Source: an uncultured bacterium
GTDB lineage: Bacteria; Hydrogenedentota; Hydrogenedentia; Hydrogenedentales; JAEUWI01
Assembly: GCA_963977445.1 (NCBI GenBank)
Contig: CAXBPH010000138.1
Span: forward strand, 1-17,726
Length of the DNA: 17,726 bases
Reading direction: 5' to 3'
The notes under the pieces were generated by a model. The model saw only the letters and a list, made by a program, of their open reading frames with translations, was not told the origin of the DNA and did no database searches. This document shows, in pieces, positions 1 through 8,602 of the stretch; positions within the stretch are counted from its first letter, which is position 1; every line of letters starts with the position of its first letter. The position numbers and the translations under genes were made by a program.

Positions 1-120
1 GAAGGAGAAGGAGAAGGAGAAGGAGAAGGAGAAGGAGAAGGAGAAGGCGAAGGCGAAGGCGAAGGAGAAGGAGAAGGAGAAGGAGAAGGAGAAGGAGAAG
101 GAGAAGGAGAAGGAGAAGGC
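1..120 (+). repeat. In-frame hexamer tandem repeat (GAAGGA/GAAGGC) x20 encoding (Glu-Gly)20
   Basis: Read directly. GGA and GGC are synonymous Gly codons, which fits the EG reading frame. The repeat probably continues past the window edge. Confidence 0.97.
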
Positions 121-441
121 CAGACCCTTGCAAGTATTGCCAATTCTCTCCTTAGCGCATTCACCACTGCCGACCTCGACGGCAACGGCATCCTGTCTCA
201 AGCAGAGGCAACTGCGGCATTCCCCGGGCTGAGCGCAAGTCAATTCGCGAGTTTAGATACCAATCAAGACGAAAGCTTGAGCCGCAGTGAATTGAACGAG
301 GCGGTGAATCCCGGTTCGGGCGGTTGTGCCTTTAGCAAGAGCCAATTTACCCCGGCGGGGCTAAAACAACGACTCGGCGATGCCTTCCTTCTGGGATTGG
401 CCGCGTTGGTCCTCGTAAGCTGGGGCAAGCGGCATACGTGA
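1..441 (+). CDS. 5'-truncated surface/exported protein: (EG)20 linker, two EF-hand loops, C-terminal GGC + transmembrane + basic tail
   Basis: Frame 1 is open from base 1 to TGA at 439-441. It reads (EG)20-QTLASIANSLLSAFTTA-DLDGNGILSQAE-ATAAFPGLSASQFASL-DTNQDESLSRSE-LNEAVNPGSGGCAFSKSQFTPAGLKQRLGDAFLLGLAALVLVSWGKRHT*. It is absent from the ORF track because the start lies outside the window. Confidence 0.9.
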   Translation, partial: EGEGEGEGEGEGEGEGEGEGEGEGEGEGEGEGEGEGEGEGQTLASIANSLLSAFTTADLDGNGILSQAEATAAFPGLSASQFASLDTNQDESLSRSELNEAVNPGSGGCAFSKSQFTPAGLKQRLGDAFLLGLAALVLVSWGKRHT

Positions 442-618
442 CCGCCGCGTAGACGTCAAAGGGGCTAGTAGAAATTTGCAGCGTGAAAGTGCGCGATTTC
501 CGCAGGCCCCGGAATAGAATTTTGATTATATGGGCCAGTGTGTCACCTCTTGGGGCTCACTGAACGTTGGGTATGGGGTAACTGGATGGGATCAGGGGGC
601 TTCCGTCCAAAATGATTC

Positions 619-3600
619 GTGAGTGAACGTGGGAAACCAAATCTGATGAATGCAGTCCGACACCTTGTCGTTAGCCTATTTATTCTTGGAACTTCGGTCG
701 GATACAGCCAGCTCGGCCCCGTCAAGACCGATTTTCACACCCTGCCCCTGGATGCTTCCCACATCGCGGTCCCCTGGTCCAACCCCGCTGCGGAAGGGGC
801 CCTTCGGGTCCTCCTCATTGGCCCCTACAGCGCACGCGGTGACGTGATCCACCTCAACGATCATTTGGAAATGGATCTTGAGTATGTCGCCTTGTGGGAT
901 CGGGAAAACGTGGGATTCGATTCCCTTTTCCCCCAACCAGAACATCCTGAAGCCAGTCGGGAAGCCGTAATTAAGCGTCTCGAGCAGGGACTTTCCAAAA
1001 AAAAGCTTGACCTGATAATCCTCGCCCAAAGCGACCCCGACGTTCTTCCGCCCGCAATCCAGGCCCAAATCATTGCCCGCGTCGAAGGGGGCGTCGGACT
1101 ACTCATGACGAGCCACGGCCAGCGCACGGATTCCGGACTCGCCACGTGGTTCAACGCATTGCCTTTCCCCGATTCCATTCCCAACCTGGACCATGGGGTG
1201 GGAACACTGGGCATCGACCGGGACCTGCAAGCCGGCATGATTGCGTGTCGTGCATCGACCGCGGGGCGCGTCGTCCATTTGGCCTTCTACAATGCCCCTA
1301 CGGAGAACCATTGCCTCATACCGGTTCCCGATAACCCCTACAACATACGAAAAGAATATGCAGACAATGCCTTCGCTCTGGTCACCCGGGCCGCCCGCTG
1401 GGCATCGGGACGCGACAACCCCGTGGAGATAGTCGATGTCGTTGACGTTTCGCCGAAGGGACCGGACGACGAAGAGATCCCTCCCGGCTACCCACCAGAG
1501 TTTATCGACGCGATTCGAAAAAATGCGTTTAACCAACCCCTCCGTCCCTTCGCCGTACAGCTCACGGAACCCACGACGGAAGCCCTGGATGTGTCCTATC
1601 GCCTGCGCCATGTTGGTGCCAATCTACCGGATATCCTGCGCGCCTACGAAAACGCCCCCCTCCGAAAAGGGGAAACTTTTTATCCGCTCGATGTCCTGGC
1701 AGCACCCGGCAACTATCTCCTCGATATCTGGCTCAAGAATAGAAAAGGTATCGTTGGCTGGCATACAGAGCCCCTCTATATCCCCGGTTGGCCGACCTTA
1801 TCCGAGATTTCGCTAGCGCAGGAAGGCAAAGACGTCGTCTGGCTGAAACCCAATGACTTTCTCGTTGTCAATGCAACGGTTGCCCCGGGCCCCATTTCGA
1901 CCAAACACGCACTGGGAACCATCTACGCCCGTGCGGTCGACAGTTTTGGTCGGCAGGTCGCCAGCAATGACGTTACCGTAAATGTCGATGGCGGCCCGGT
2001 CTCCCTCCGGCTGGAAATAGCCGATGTCATCGCCCCACTCATCCAGATAGAAGTCTTTGCCCTGTCGAGCGCCTTCACCGAAGAGGCTACGGTTGTGCAG
2101 GAAGCCGCCCGGGAAATTTTCTATCTTCCCGTTCGGACTGCCGCCCCCCCGTTGGACCCGATCACCATCGTTACCACCAAAACGCGGCCCGACTACGGCA
2201 CCTACCAGCAACTGGAGATCATGCGGGACAGATTCGGGGCATCTGTTCTCCACGCTCCCCTGTCGATCGACACACTACTTGCCGCTGGGCGCACAGGACT
2301 TGCCCGAGCCAGTCAATTGGTCGACACGAGCCAACCAGAGATTCCGAGAGGCCTCGTGCGCACCCCTTGTCTTTCCTCCCCCGACTATCGAAGCCAATTG
2401 CAACGTACCATTGAGTCGTCCATCCTTCAGTCCTTCGCCGGTGGCCCGGCATATTATTCATTGGGCGCGGGTAATGCCCTCACCCACTCCGATGTGGAGC
2501 TGTGCCAGGGGCCCGACTGTATGGCCGTCTGGCACGAAGATATTCAGCGCGCCTACGGCACCCTTGATGCCGTCAATCTACGCTGGGGTACCGACTTCCT
2601 CACCTGGGAAGAAGTAGAGCCGCTTAACCTGGAACATTGCCGCGACACCGCCAACTACCTTCCCTGGATCGATTTTCGCTCCACAATGAACAACGTCTTC
2701 ACCAGGAGCATCACCCTGGGTGCTGAAAAATCTCGCGAGGTAGATCCCCAGGCACAAATCGGCTTTCAACCCGCACCTACCCTGCCCAAACCCCAGACGG
2801 GGATTCAGTGGGATCAGATTGCCGCGGCCACCGACTATATGGTCGTTCCCGATGACCCCAATACCCTCCGTCGACTGCGGTCTTTTGGCGATCTCCACCC
2901 CTGGAGCGGCGTCGTCGTTGGAAACGAACAATTCGACGAATCACAACCATCGGGTTCCTGGCTTGCCTGGCACTACGCGCTCGAACAAGTGCCTGCCCTG
3001 TGGCTCAATGAACCCTTTTCCGGGACCCTTTCCCGCGTGGTGTCACCGGAGGGAGTAGACCCGGGTGCCTTCGAAACCTTTGCTACCATCCGAAATAACC
3101 TCGCCCACGGCCTCGGAACCCTCTTACTTCAGGCCAAACCCTACCGAAATGGTATTGCCTTTCTCGATACGCCAAAGAATGACCTGCTGGTCGCGGCACT
3201 GCCCACACTCGATGAGCGAGACTCCCGGTCCGAAACGTGGTTTGCCCAGTCCTTGAACACACTGGGCTTTGTTCCCATCGTCCATTCACTGAATAGCGAC
3301 CTCGGTCTAAACGCGGACGGGTTAAATTCAATCATCCTCGCGGATACCTACGTGCTGACCCCTGAAGAAATCGACTTTCTGAAAGCCTTCCACAAGCACG
3401 ATGGACTGGTCATCGCCAGCCGCCTCCCGAAAGAACTCGGCACACCCCTTGATGTAGAAGACGGTGGAGCCCTGCCCTTCCTTCATCCCGTGTTGCCCAA
3501 CGAGACGAACCCGAGGCTCTGGTCCAATCGTCCCGTCTGGGTTCGGGAATTGCAGGCAGGCTCTCCCGTTTCCGAACAGCTCGACACCTTGCTCAGTCAG

Positions 3601-4170
3601 GCGGGCAACGTGCCCATGCCGGATATCAAAGGCGATTCCGACGAGCGGGGCGACCTGCACGAATATTACTTCGCCTATGACTCGGCAACGTTGCTGGCCT
3701 TTTTGCCGCGACACGACTTGGCCAAGCCCCTTCATCGGGCGACTTACAGTATTCCCGATGACCGCTACGGCTACGATCTCCTCGCAACGGAGCCCCTTCC
3801 ATTCAAGACGAGGTTTCAATGGAGCCCTACACCGGGCCAACCCGCCCTCCTCTCCATCTTGCCTTATAAAGTCACCGGACTGCGTCTGGACGTACCCGCC
3901 CTGGCCAGTCGGGGTAGCCGACTCCCTGTCGACGTAACGGTAGAAGCGAAGAAAGCCGATGCCCCCCTCGGACAGCACTTGATCCAGATACGCGTTGAGG
4001 GCACATCAGGGAAGGAACTACCCCACTACCGCCAGACCCTATCGACCGACGAGGGGGCGGCGCACGCATTTGTCCCCCTCGCACAAAACGAGACGCCCGG
4101 ACGCTACCTTGTAACCGCTACAGACCTGCTTACCGGCATGGCTGAGGAAGTGCTCGTCACGATTCAGTAA
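619..4170 (+). CDS. Large exported protein with a GH42 (beta-galactosidase)-like segment; true start possibly ATG 646
   Basis: 1183-aa ORF. A signal-peptide-like N-terminus starts at M10 (MNAVRHLVVSLFILGTSVGYS|Q). The segment CQGPDC...AYGTLDAVNLRWGTDFLTWEEVEP...WIDFR resembles the GH42 C-x-C-xx-C / Y-x-tl-xx-LN-xx-WGT pattern. There are glutamine-amidotransferase-like alpha/beta segments (LIILAQ...VEGGVGLL; IILADTYVL...HDGLVIA) and an Ig-like C-terminus (TPGRYLVTATDLLTG). Confidence 0.7.
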   Translation: MSERGKPNLMNAVRHLVVSLFILGTSVGYSQLGPVKTDFHTLPLDASHIAVPWSNPAAEGALRVLLIGPYSARGDVIHLNDHLEMDLEYVALWDRENVGFDSLFPQPEHPEASREAVIKRLEQGLSKKKLDLIILAQSDPDVLPPAIQAQIIARVEGGVGLLMTSHGQRTDSGLATWFNALPFPDSIPNLDHGVGTLGIDRDLQAGMIACRASTAGRVVHLAFYNAPTENHCLIPVPDNPYNIRKEYADNAFALVTRAARWASGRDNPVEIVDVVDVSPKGPDDEEIPPGYPPEFIDAIRKNAFNQPLRPFAVQLTEPTTEALDVSYRLRHVGANLPDILRAYENAPLRKGETFYPLDVLAAPGNYLLDIWLKNRKGIVGWHTEPLYIPGWPTLSEISLAQEGKDVVWLKPNDFLVVNATVAPGPISTKHALGTIYARAVDSFGRQVASNDVTVNVDGGPVSLRLEIADVIAPLIQIEVFALSSAFTEEATVVQEAAREIFYLPVRTAAPPLDPITIVTTKTRPDYGTYQQLEIMRDRFGASVLHAPLSIDTLLAAGRTGLARASQLVDTSQPEIPRGLVRTPCLSSPDYRSQLQRTIESSILQSFAGGPAYYSLGAGNALTHSDVELCQGPDCMAVWHEDIQRAYGTLDAVNLRWGTDFLTWEEVEPLNLEHCRDTANYLPWIDFRSTMNNVFTRSITLGAEKSREVDPQAQIGFQPAPTLPKPQTGIQWDQIAAATDYMVVPDDPNTLRRLRSFGDLHPWSGVVVGNEQFDESQPSGSWLAWHYALEQVPALWLNEPFSGTLSRVVSPEGVDPGAFETFATIRNNLAHGLGTLLLQAKPYRNGIAFLDTPKNDLLVAALPTLDERDSRSETWFAQSLNTLGFVPIVHSLNSDLGLNADGLNSIILADTYVLTPEEIDFLKAFHKHDGLVIASRLPKELGTPLDVEDGGALPFLHPVLPNETNPRLWSNRPVWVRELQAGSPVSEQLDTLLSQAGNVPMPDIKGDSDERGDLHEYYFAYDSATLLAFLPRHDLAKPLHRATYSIPDDRYGYDLLATEPLPFKTRFQWSPTPGQPALLSILPYKVTGLRLDVPALASRGSRLPVDVTVEAKKADAPLGQHLIQIRVEGTSGKELPHYRQTLSTDEGAAHAFVPLAQNETPGRYLVTATDLLTGMAEEVLVTIQ

Positions 4171-4230
4171 TACGCCCCTAATCCCATGATTTTCGTTTCC
4201 ATATACAACTCAAACCCCGAATTCACCGTA

Positions 4231-4259
4231 TAGACAAATGACCCTAGAGCAGTTATAAT
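4231..4259 (+). promoter_or_regulatory. Sigma70-type promoter for the che operon
   Basis: TAGACA (4231-4236), a 17-nt spacer and TATAAT (4254-4259), in the AT-rich intergenic region ~130 nt upstream of cheA. Confidence 0.7.
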
Positions 4260-4388
4260 GCTTTCGTAGAATGTCGCATTGTCGTCAAATATTTACCTCT
4301 AGTCTTATTCGTTCCGTATGTGGGACGCTACCAGCATCCGGGGGATGCATTTTCTAAAGACACTCTTACAGAGTGAAAGGATATTGAG

Positions 4389-7300
4389 ATGGCGGCAACC
4401 GATATTGCCGGACTCATAGAGGCCGTTTCCGAAGCAATCGTGTTCTTGGAGCCCGATGATCTGAATGGTCTTGCGGACATCCATAGTCAATTAGAAGATG
4501 TTGACAACTGGGCCAATGATTGTGGTTTTGAGCGCACGTCCATGGCGGCAGTGGCCCTACGGGAAATTCTTGAAAAGATCATTCTCCAGGAATACGAGGC
4601 CCCTGAAAAAGGTATCGCCATCCTGACAAAGACGCTGGGAAACTTTCAAAACCTCGTTCGTCAGGGCATTCGCGACGACGAGATCGATTTTCCCGTAGAA
4701 CTGGGAATTCCTGCCGTTCGAAACGGTAAACCATCCGCCCCCGCTCCAGCAGCAGAATCGCTGGAAAGCCAACCTATATACAGTTTTGCTGTCCAATTGC
4801 CTGCCTACGTCGATGAAAGCATTTTCAGCGAATTCCTCTCCAGACAGGTAAGTGTGCTCGAAGAGGTAGAATCCGCACTTCTCGACATAGAACAAGGGAA
4901 CTGCACGACTTCGATGGGGGAGCTTACCCGCCATCTCCACACCCTGAAGGGTGAAACAGCCTTGCTCGGCCTGGATGATATTGAGCATCTGTGCCACTTG
5001 GCCGAGGACTTGCTCGATCGCGAGTCGCCTCCCGAAGTGGCCGACCGCCTCTTGGCCCTGAAAGACTGGCTGAAGCAGGCCTTTGACACCTATGCCGGCA
5101 ATGGAACACCTCCCGTCCCCCCAAAGGAGATGGAACGTATATTAATCGAGGGGCTGAATGACGCCGCCCCAATTCAGGTGGAAACCGAAGCCCCGGTAGC
5201 ACCTGCATCGCCCCCTGCCGCGGAGGTGCCCACGGCCGAAGACGAAGAGCAGCCCCAATCGAAAGCGCCACCAGAAACCGAGTCCCTCACGTCCACAGCA
5301 GACAAGACGTTGGTTGGTGAAGGCGATGTGGAGGAAGGCCATAATTGGAACTTTTCAGCCGGGCCCCTTACGGGGGATCGGGAGCTCATTGCCGATTTTG
5401 TCGTGGAAGCAACAGAACATCTGGACACCTCTGATGTGCAATTGCTTACGCTGGAGATGGAGCCCCGCGACCTGGACGCGATCAACGCTATTTTCCGCGC
5501 TTTCCATACGATAAAAGGTGTCTGCGGCTTTATTGCCCTTGAGGAGATGCAGGCCCTGGCCCACGAAGCGGAAAATCTGCTCGATATGGCCCGCAAAGAT
5601 GTACTCATTCTCGAAGGACCCTATCTGGACGTGGTGTTCGACGCTATCGACATGCTCAAAGCCCAAATTGCGAATGTACGTCGGGCGTTGGAGGAAAATG
5701 TCGATCTGGAACCCGAGCTGGGGTTGCCCGTGTTATTGACACGAATGGTCCGTTTGGCTCGGGGAGAGGTCCCCCCCGCCGAAAAAATAGACTCATCTGC
5801 GTACTCCCCCACTGGTGCGCCACAGAATCTGGGTGAAATCCTTGTCGAACAAGGCACCATCACCCACGAAGACTTGGATGAGGCGCTCGAGTTGCAAGAA
5901 AACACCCAGCCTTCGCCCAAAAAGCTGGGTCAGGTCTTACAAGATAGCGCCTTGGTCAATAAATCGCAGGTAAACGAGGCACTTCATCTACAGCAAGATA
6001 GCTGCCCGGACGAAAAACTCGGTGAAATCCTTATCAACCGGGGAGCCGTAGACAGCGCGGATGTGGCCCAATCGTTGCGTAAGCAAACGAGTGCCCCCGC
6101 AAAGCCAAAACTTGGCGAGGTCGTGGTTGCCTCAGGAAAAGCCTCCGCCCGAGATGTTGCTCAGGCGTTGCGTATTCAAAAAGAGCAAAAAGAGATAGAT
6201 GTGGCGACCTCCAGAGAAGAGCGACCTGCCAATGCCAATGGCGATTCCGGAGCCGTCATGATTCGGGAAACGGTAAAGGTGGACGCCTACCGACTGGACC
6301 AATTGGTCGATATGATCGGTGAATTGGTCATCGCTGAATCCATGGTATGCCAATCGAAAGAGCTCAGGACCATTCTGTCGACCGACCTTACCAGGCAAGT
6401 GAGCCAGCTCGACAAAATTACCCGAGAATTGCAGGAAATGGCCATGGGCCTCAGGATGGTTCCCGTGCGCCCAACTTTCCAGAAGATGGCACGCCTCGTC
6501 CGCGATGTTGCTCGTAAGACCGGTAAAGAAGTTAATTTCAATATGCAGGGGGAAGATACGGAACTCGATAAGACCGTCGTTGACCGCATCAGTGACCCGC
6601 TGGTGCATATGATCCGCAATTCGGTAGACCACGGTCTCGAAGCGAATGGATCCATTCGTAAAGCGGCCGGGAAATCCGTCTCCGGCACGGTGACATTACG
6701 GGCCTATCACAGTGGTGGCAGCATCCACATCGAGATATCTGACGATGGCCGAGGCCTTGATCGCGAAGCAATCCTGAGTAAAGCACGGGAGCGCAATCTG
6801 ATAAGCGACAATGGCGAGAGCATGCCGGACAAGGAAATCTGGCAACTTATCTTCGAACCAGGCTTTTCTACCGCAAAACAACTCACCGAAGTTTCGGGGC
6901 GCGGTGTCGGAATGGACGTGGTGAGGAGAAATATTGAAGCGTTGCGCGGCGAAATAGATATACATTCGGAGGCAGGAGTGGGCTCTCGCTTCACAATTAA
7001 ACTACCCCTGACATTGGCCATTATTGATGGTATGGTCGTTCGGGTTGGCGCGGAACGTTACATAATACCCACACTCTCCATCGTCGTTTCTGTGCGCCCC
7101 AAATCATCCGAACTCTACACCATCGTCGGCGCCGCCGAAACAATGAAACTGCAAGGAGAAATCATTCCCCTATTTCGTCTTCATGAACTATTCGATGTGT
7201 CCGGTGCGGTACAATCACCGACAGAAGGTACCGTCGTAGTCCTGGAGAACACGGGGAAGCGGGTCGGACTATTGATAGATGAAATCCTGGGCCAGCAACA

Positions 7301-7442
7301 GATCGTAATCAAGGCTTTGGGAGATTCCCTGAAGGGCGTCAAGGGAATTGCAGGAGGCGCAATAATGCCCGATGGAAAAGTTGGCCTGATACTCGACATT
7401 GCAGATCTGGTTCGACTTGCAACCGAAGGAACACCTGTTTAG
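4389..7442 (+). CDS. cheA: Chemotaxis histidine kinase CheA with two Hpt domains and four MshEN-like repeats
   Basis: Hpt motifs RHLHTLKG (H184) and RAFHTIKG (H373). P3 VKVDAYRLDQLVDMIGELVI. HATPase boxes HMIRNSVDHG, DDGRGL, FEPGFSTA, SGRGVGMDVV. C-terminal CheW-like P5 (GGAIMPDGKVGLILD). RBS GAAAGGA at 4375-4381. Confidence 0.97.
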   Translation: MAATDIAGLIEAVSEAIVFLEPDDLNGLADIHSQLEDVDNWANDCGFERTSMAAVALREILEKIILQEYEAPEKGIAILTKTLGNFQNLVRQGIRDDEIDFPVELGIPAVRNGKPSAPAPAAESLESQPIYSFAVQLPAYVDESIFSEFLSRQVSVLEEVESALLDIEQGNCTTSMGELTRHLHTLKGETALLGLDDIEHLCHLAEDLLDRESPPEVADRLLALKDWLKQAFDTYAGNGTPPVPPKEMERILIEGLNDAAPIQVETEAPVAPASPPAAEVPTAEDEEQPQSKAPPETESLTSTADKTLVGEGDVEEGHNWNFSAGPLTGDRELIADFVVEATEHLDTSDVQLLTLEMEPRDLDAINAIFRAFHTIKGVCGFIALEEMQALAHEAENLLDMARKDVLILEGPYLDVVFDAIDMLKAQIANVRRALEENVDLEPELGLPVLLTRMVRLARGEVPPAEKIDSSAYSPTGAPQNLGEILVEQGTITHEDLDEALELQENTQPSPKKLGQVLQDSALVNKSQVNEALHLQQDSCPDEKLGEILINRGAVDSADVAQSLRKQTSAPAKPKLGEVVVASGKASARDVAQALRIQKEQKEIDVATSREERPANANGDSGAVMIRETVKVDAYRLDQLVDMIGELVIAESMVCQSKELRTILSTDLTRQVSQLDKITRELQEMAMGLRMVPVRPTFQKMARLVRDVARKTGKEVNFNMQGEDTELDKTVVDRISDPLVHMIRNSVDHGLEANGSIRKAAGKSVSGTVTLRAYHSGGSIHIEISDDGRGLDREAILSKARERNLISDNGESMPDKEIWQLIFEPGFSTAKQLTEVSGRGVGMDVVRRNIEALRGEIDIHSEAGVGSRFTIKLPLTLAIIDGMVVRVGAERYIIPTLSIVVSVRPKSSELYTIVGAAETMKLQGEIIPLFRLHELFDVSGAVQSPTEGTVVVLENTGKRVGLLIDEILGQQQIVIKALGDSLKGVKGIAGGAIMPDGKVGLILDIADLVRLATEGTPV

Positions 7443-7483
7443 ACTGCTGTGTGCACGTCTATCAATCGACAAGGAGCAAGGCA

Positions 7484-8005
7484 GTGAGTGATATAGCAGC
7501 TATGGTCGACGACAACGTCACTACGGGAAAAGAAAGCCTCGCTGGTAAGTATCTTACCTTCGAACTCGGCCAGGAAGTTTACGGCATTGAGATCCTGAAA
7601 GTGCAAGAAATTATCGGCATCATGAGCATAACCCATGTGCCGAAGACACCTGACTACGTCCGTGGGGTAATCAATCTGCGCGGCAAAGTTATACCGGTCG
7701 TCGAGCTGCGTCGAAAATTTCGCATGAAGACCGTCGAGGATACGGAGAGAACCTGTATCATTGTAGTCCAGGTCCGCGGTACCGATGGCTCGATTATTAT
7801 GGGGATACTTGTTGATGAAGTTTCGGAAGTAGTAAACATACCCGCAGACATGATCGAATCCGCGCCGACTTTTGGGACCAATGTAAATACGGCATTTATA
7901 CTGGCCATGGGAAAAGTTGGGGACCGTGTCGTTATCCTCTTGGATGCAGACAAGGTGCTAACGATAGAAGAAATGGTTACTCTCGAGCGATCGAGTGGGG
8001 ACTAA
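7484..8005 (+). CDS. cheW: Chemotaxis coupling protein CheW (start moved to GTG 7484)
   Basis: KYLTFELGQEVYGIEILKVQEI, VPKTPDYVRGVINLRGKVIPVV, GILVDEVSEV. AAGGAG at 7471-7476 favours GTG 7484 over the ORF-track start 7451. Confidence 0.95.
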   Translation: MSDIAAMVDDNVTTGKESLAGKYLTFELGQEVYGIEILKVQEIIGIMSITHVPKTPDYVRGVINLRGKVIPVVELRRKFRMKTVEDTERTCIIVVQVRGTDGSIIMGILVDEVSEVVNIPADMIESAPTFGTNVNTAFILAMGKVGDRVVILLDADKVLTIEEMVTLERSSGD

Positions 8006-8086
8006 GAGCGTTTCCCGCCGGGGTTAAACCCGACCAAAGTCACGTTCATAGGTTCAATACCCGCATATTAACAGGAGTAGTCCCTT

Positions 8087-8566
8087 ATGGGAATGAAAGT
8101 AGAATATATCAACCCCTTCATTGAGAGCACCTACGATCTCTTTTCAACCATGTTGGGCTGCAAAGCGGTCCGTGGTGATGTCGGCGTTGCTGCCCCCGGC
8201 GCTAACCCCCGGGATATCATGGCGCTGATTGGCCTGTCTGGAATGGCCCGCGGCATGGTTGCACTGGCTTTTCCCGTCGATACGGCCTTGAACATGGTAA
8301 ACACGCTCCTTTCCACCAAAATTACTACGGTCGACGATACCGTCTCCGATGCCATCGCTGAAATGGTAAACATTGTGGCCGGCGGTGCCAAGTCGAAGCT
8401 GAGCGGCGACCACCGCCCCCCCATCGACCTCAGTCTCCCCACCGTCGTTCGGGGCAACAATTACAATGTAGACTATCCATCAGGCTCGGTCTGGCTGGAA
8501 GTCCCATTTAACAGTGACTTGGGTTCCTTTACCCTGCGTGTCACATTTGAAATGGAAGATAATTAA
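8087..8566 (+). CDS. cheX: CheX-family CheY-P phosphatase (copy 1)
   Basis: EYINPFIES N-terminus, IGLSG..G, catalytic E-x-x-N in DAIAEMVNIVAG, and LSLPTVVRG. RBS AGGAG upstream. Confidence 0.9.
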   Translation: MGMKVEYINPFIESTYDLFSTMLGCKAVRGDVGVAAPGANPRDIMALIGLSGMARGMVALAFPVDTALNMVNTLLSTKITTVDDTVSDAIAEMVNIVAGGAKSKLSGDHRPPIDLSLPTVVRGNNYNVDYPSGSVWLEVPFNSDLGSFTLRVTFEMEDN

Positions 8567-8602
8567 GAGCGGGTCTCTTGGATTGAGAAAGGAACTTATT
8601 CG

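Noticed and set aside
1..120. Reading the repeat as poly-(Lys-Glu), poly-Arg or a non-coding microsatellite
   Set aside because: The A/C variation is synonymous in the EG frame but changes residues in the KE frame. Only the EG frame continues into EF-hands and a membrane anchor.
543..4084. Numerous 60-216 aa alternative-frame and antisense ORFs within the 1183-aa gene (likewise within the che genes)
   Set aside because: These are shadow ORFs of well-supported genes, with no independent evidence.
4280..4360. Possible c-di-GMP-I (GEMM) riboswitch, suggested by TGGGACGC...GCATCCGG in the cheA leader
   Set aside because: The GGCAAAC start, the GAAA-capped P2 stem, GACGCAAA and a correctly placed tetraloop receptor are missing. 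An Infernal scan would settle it.
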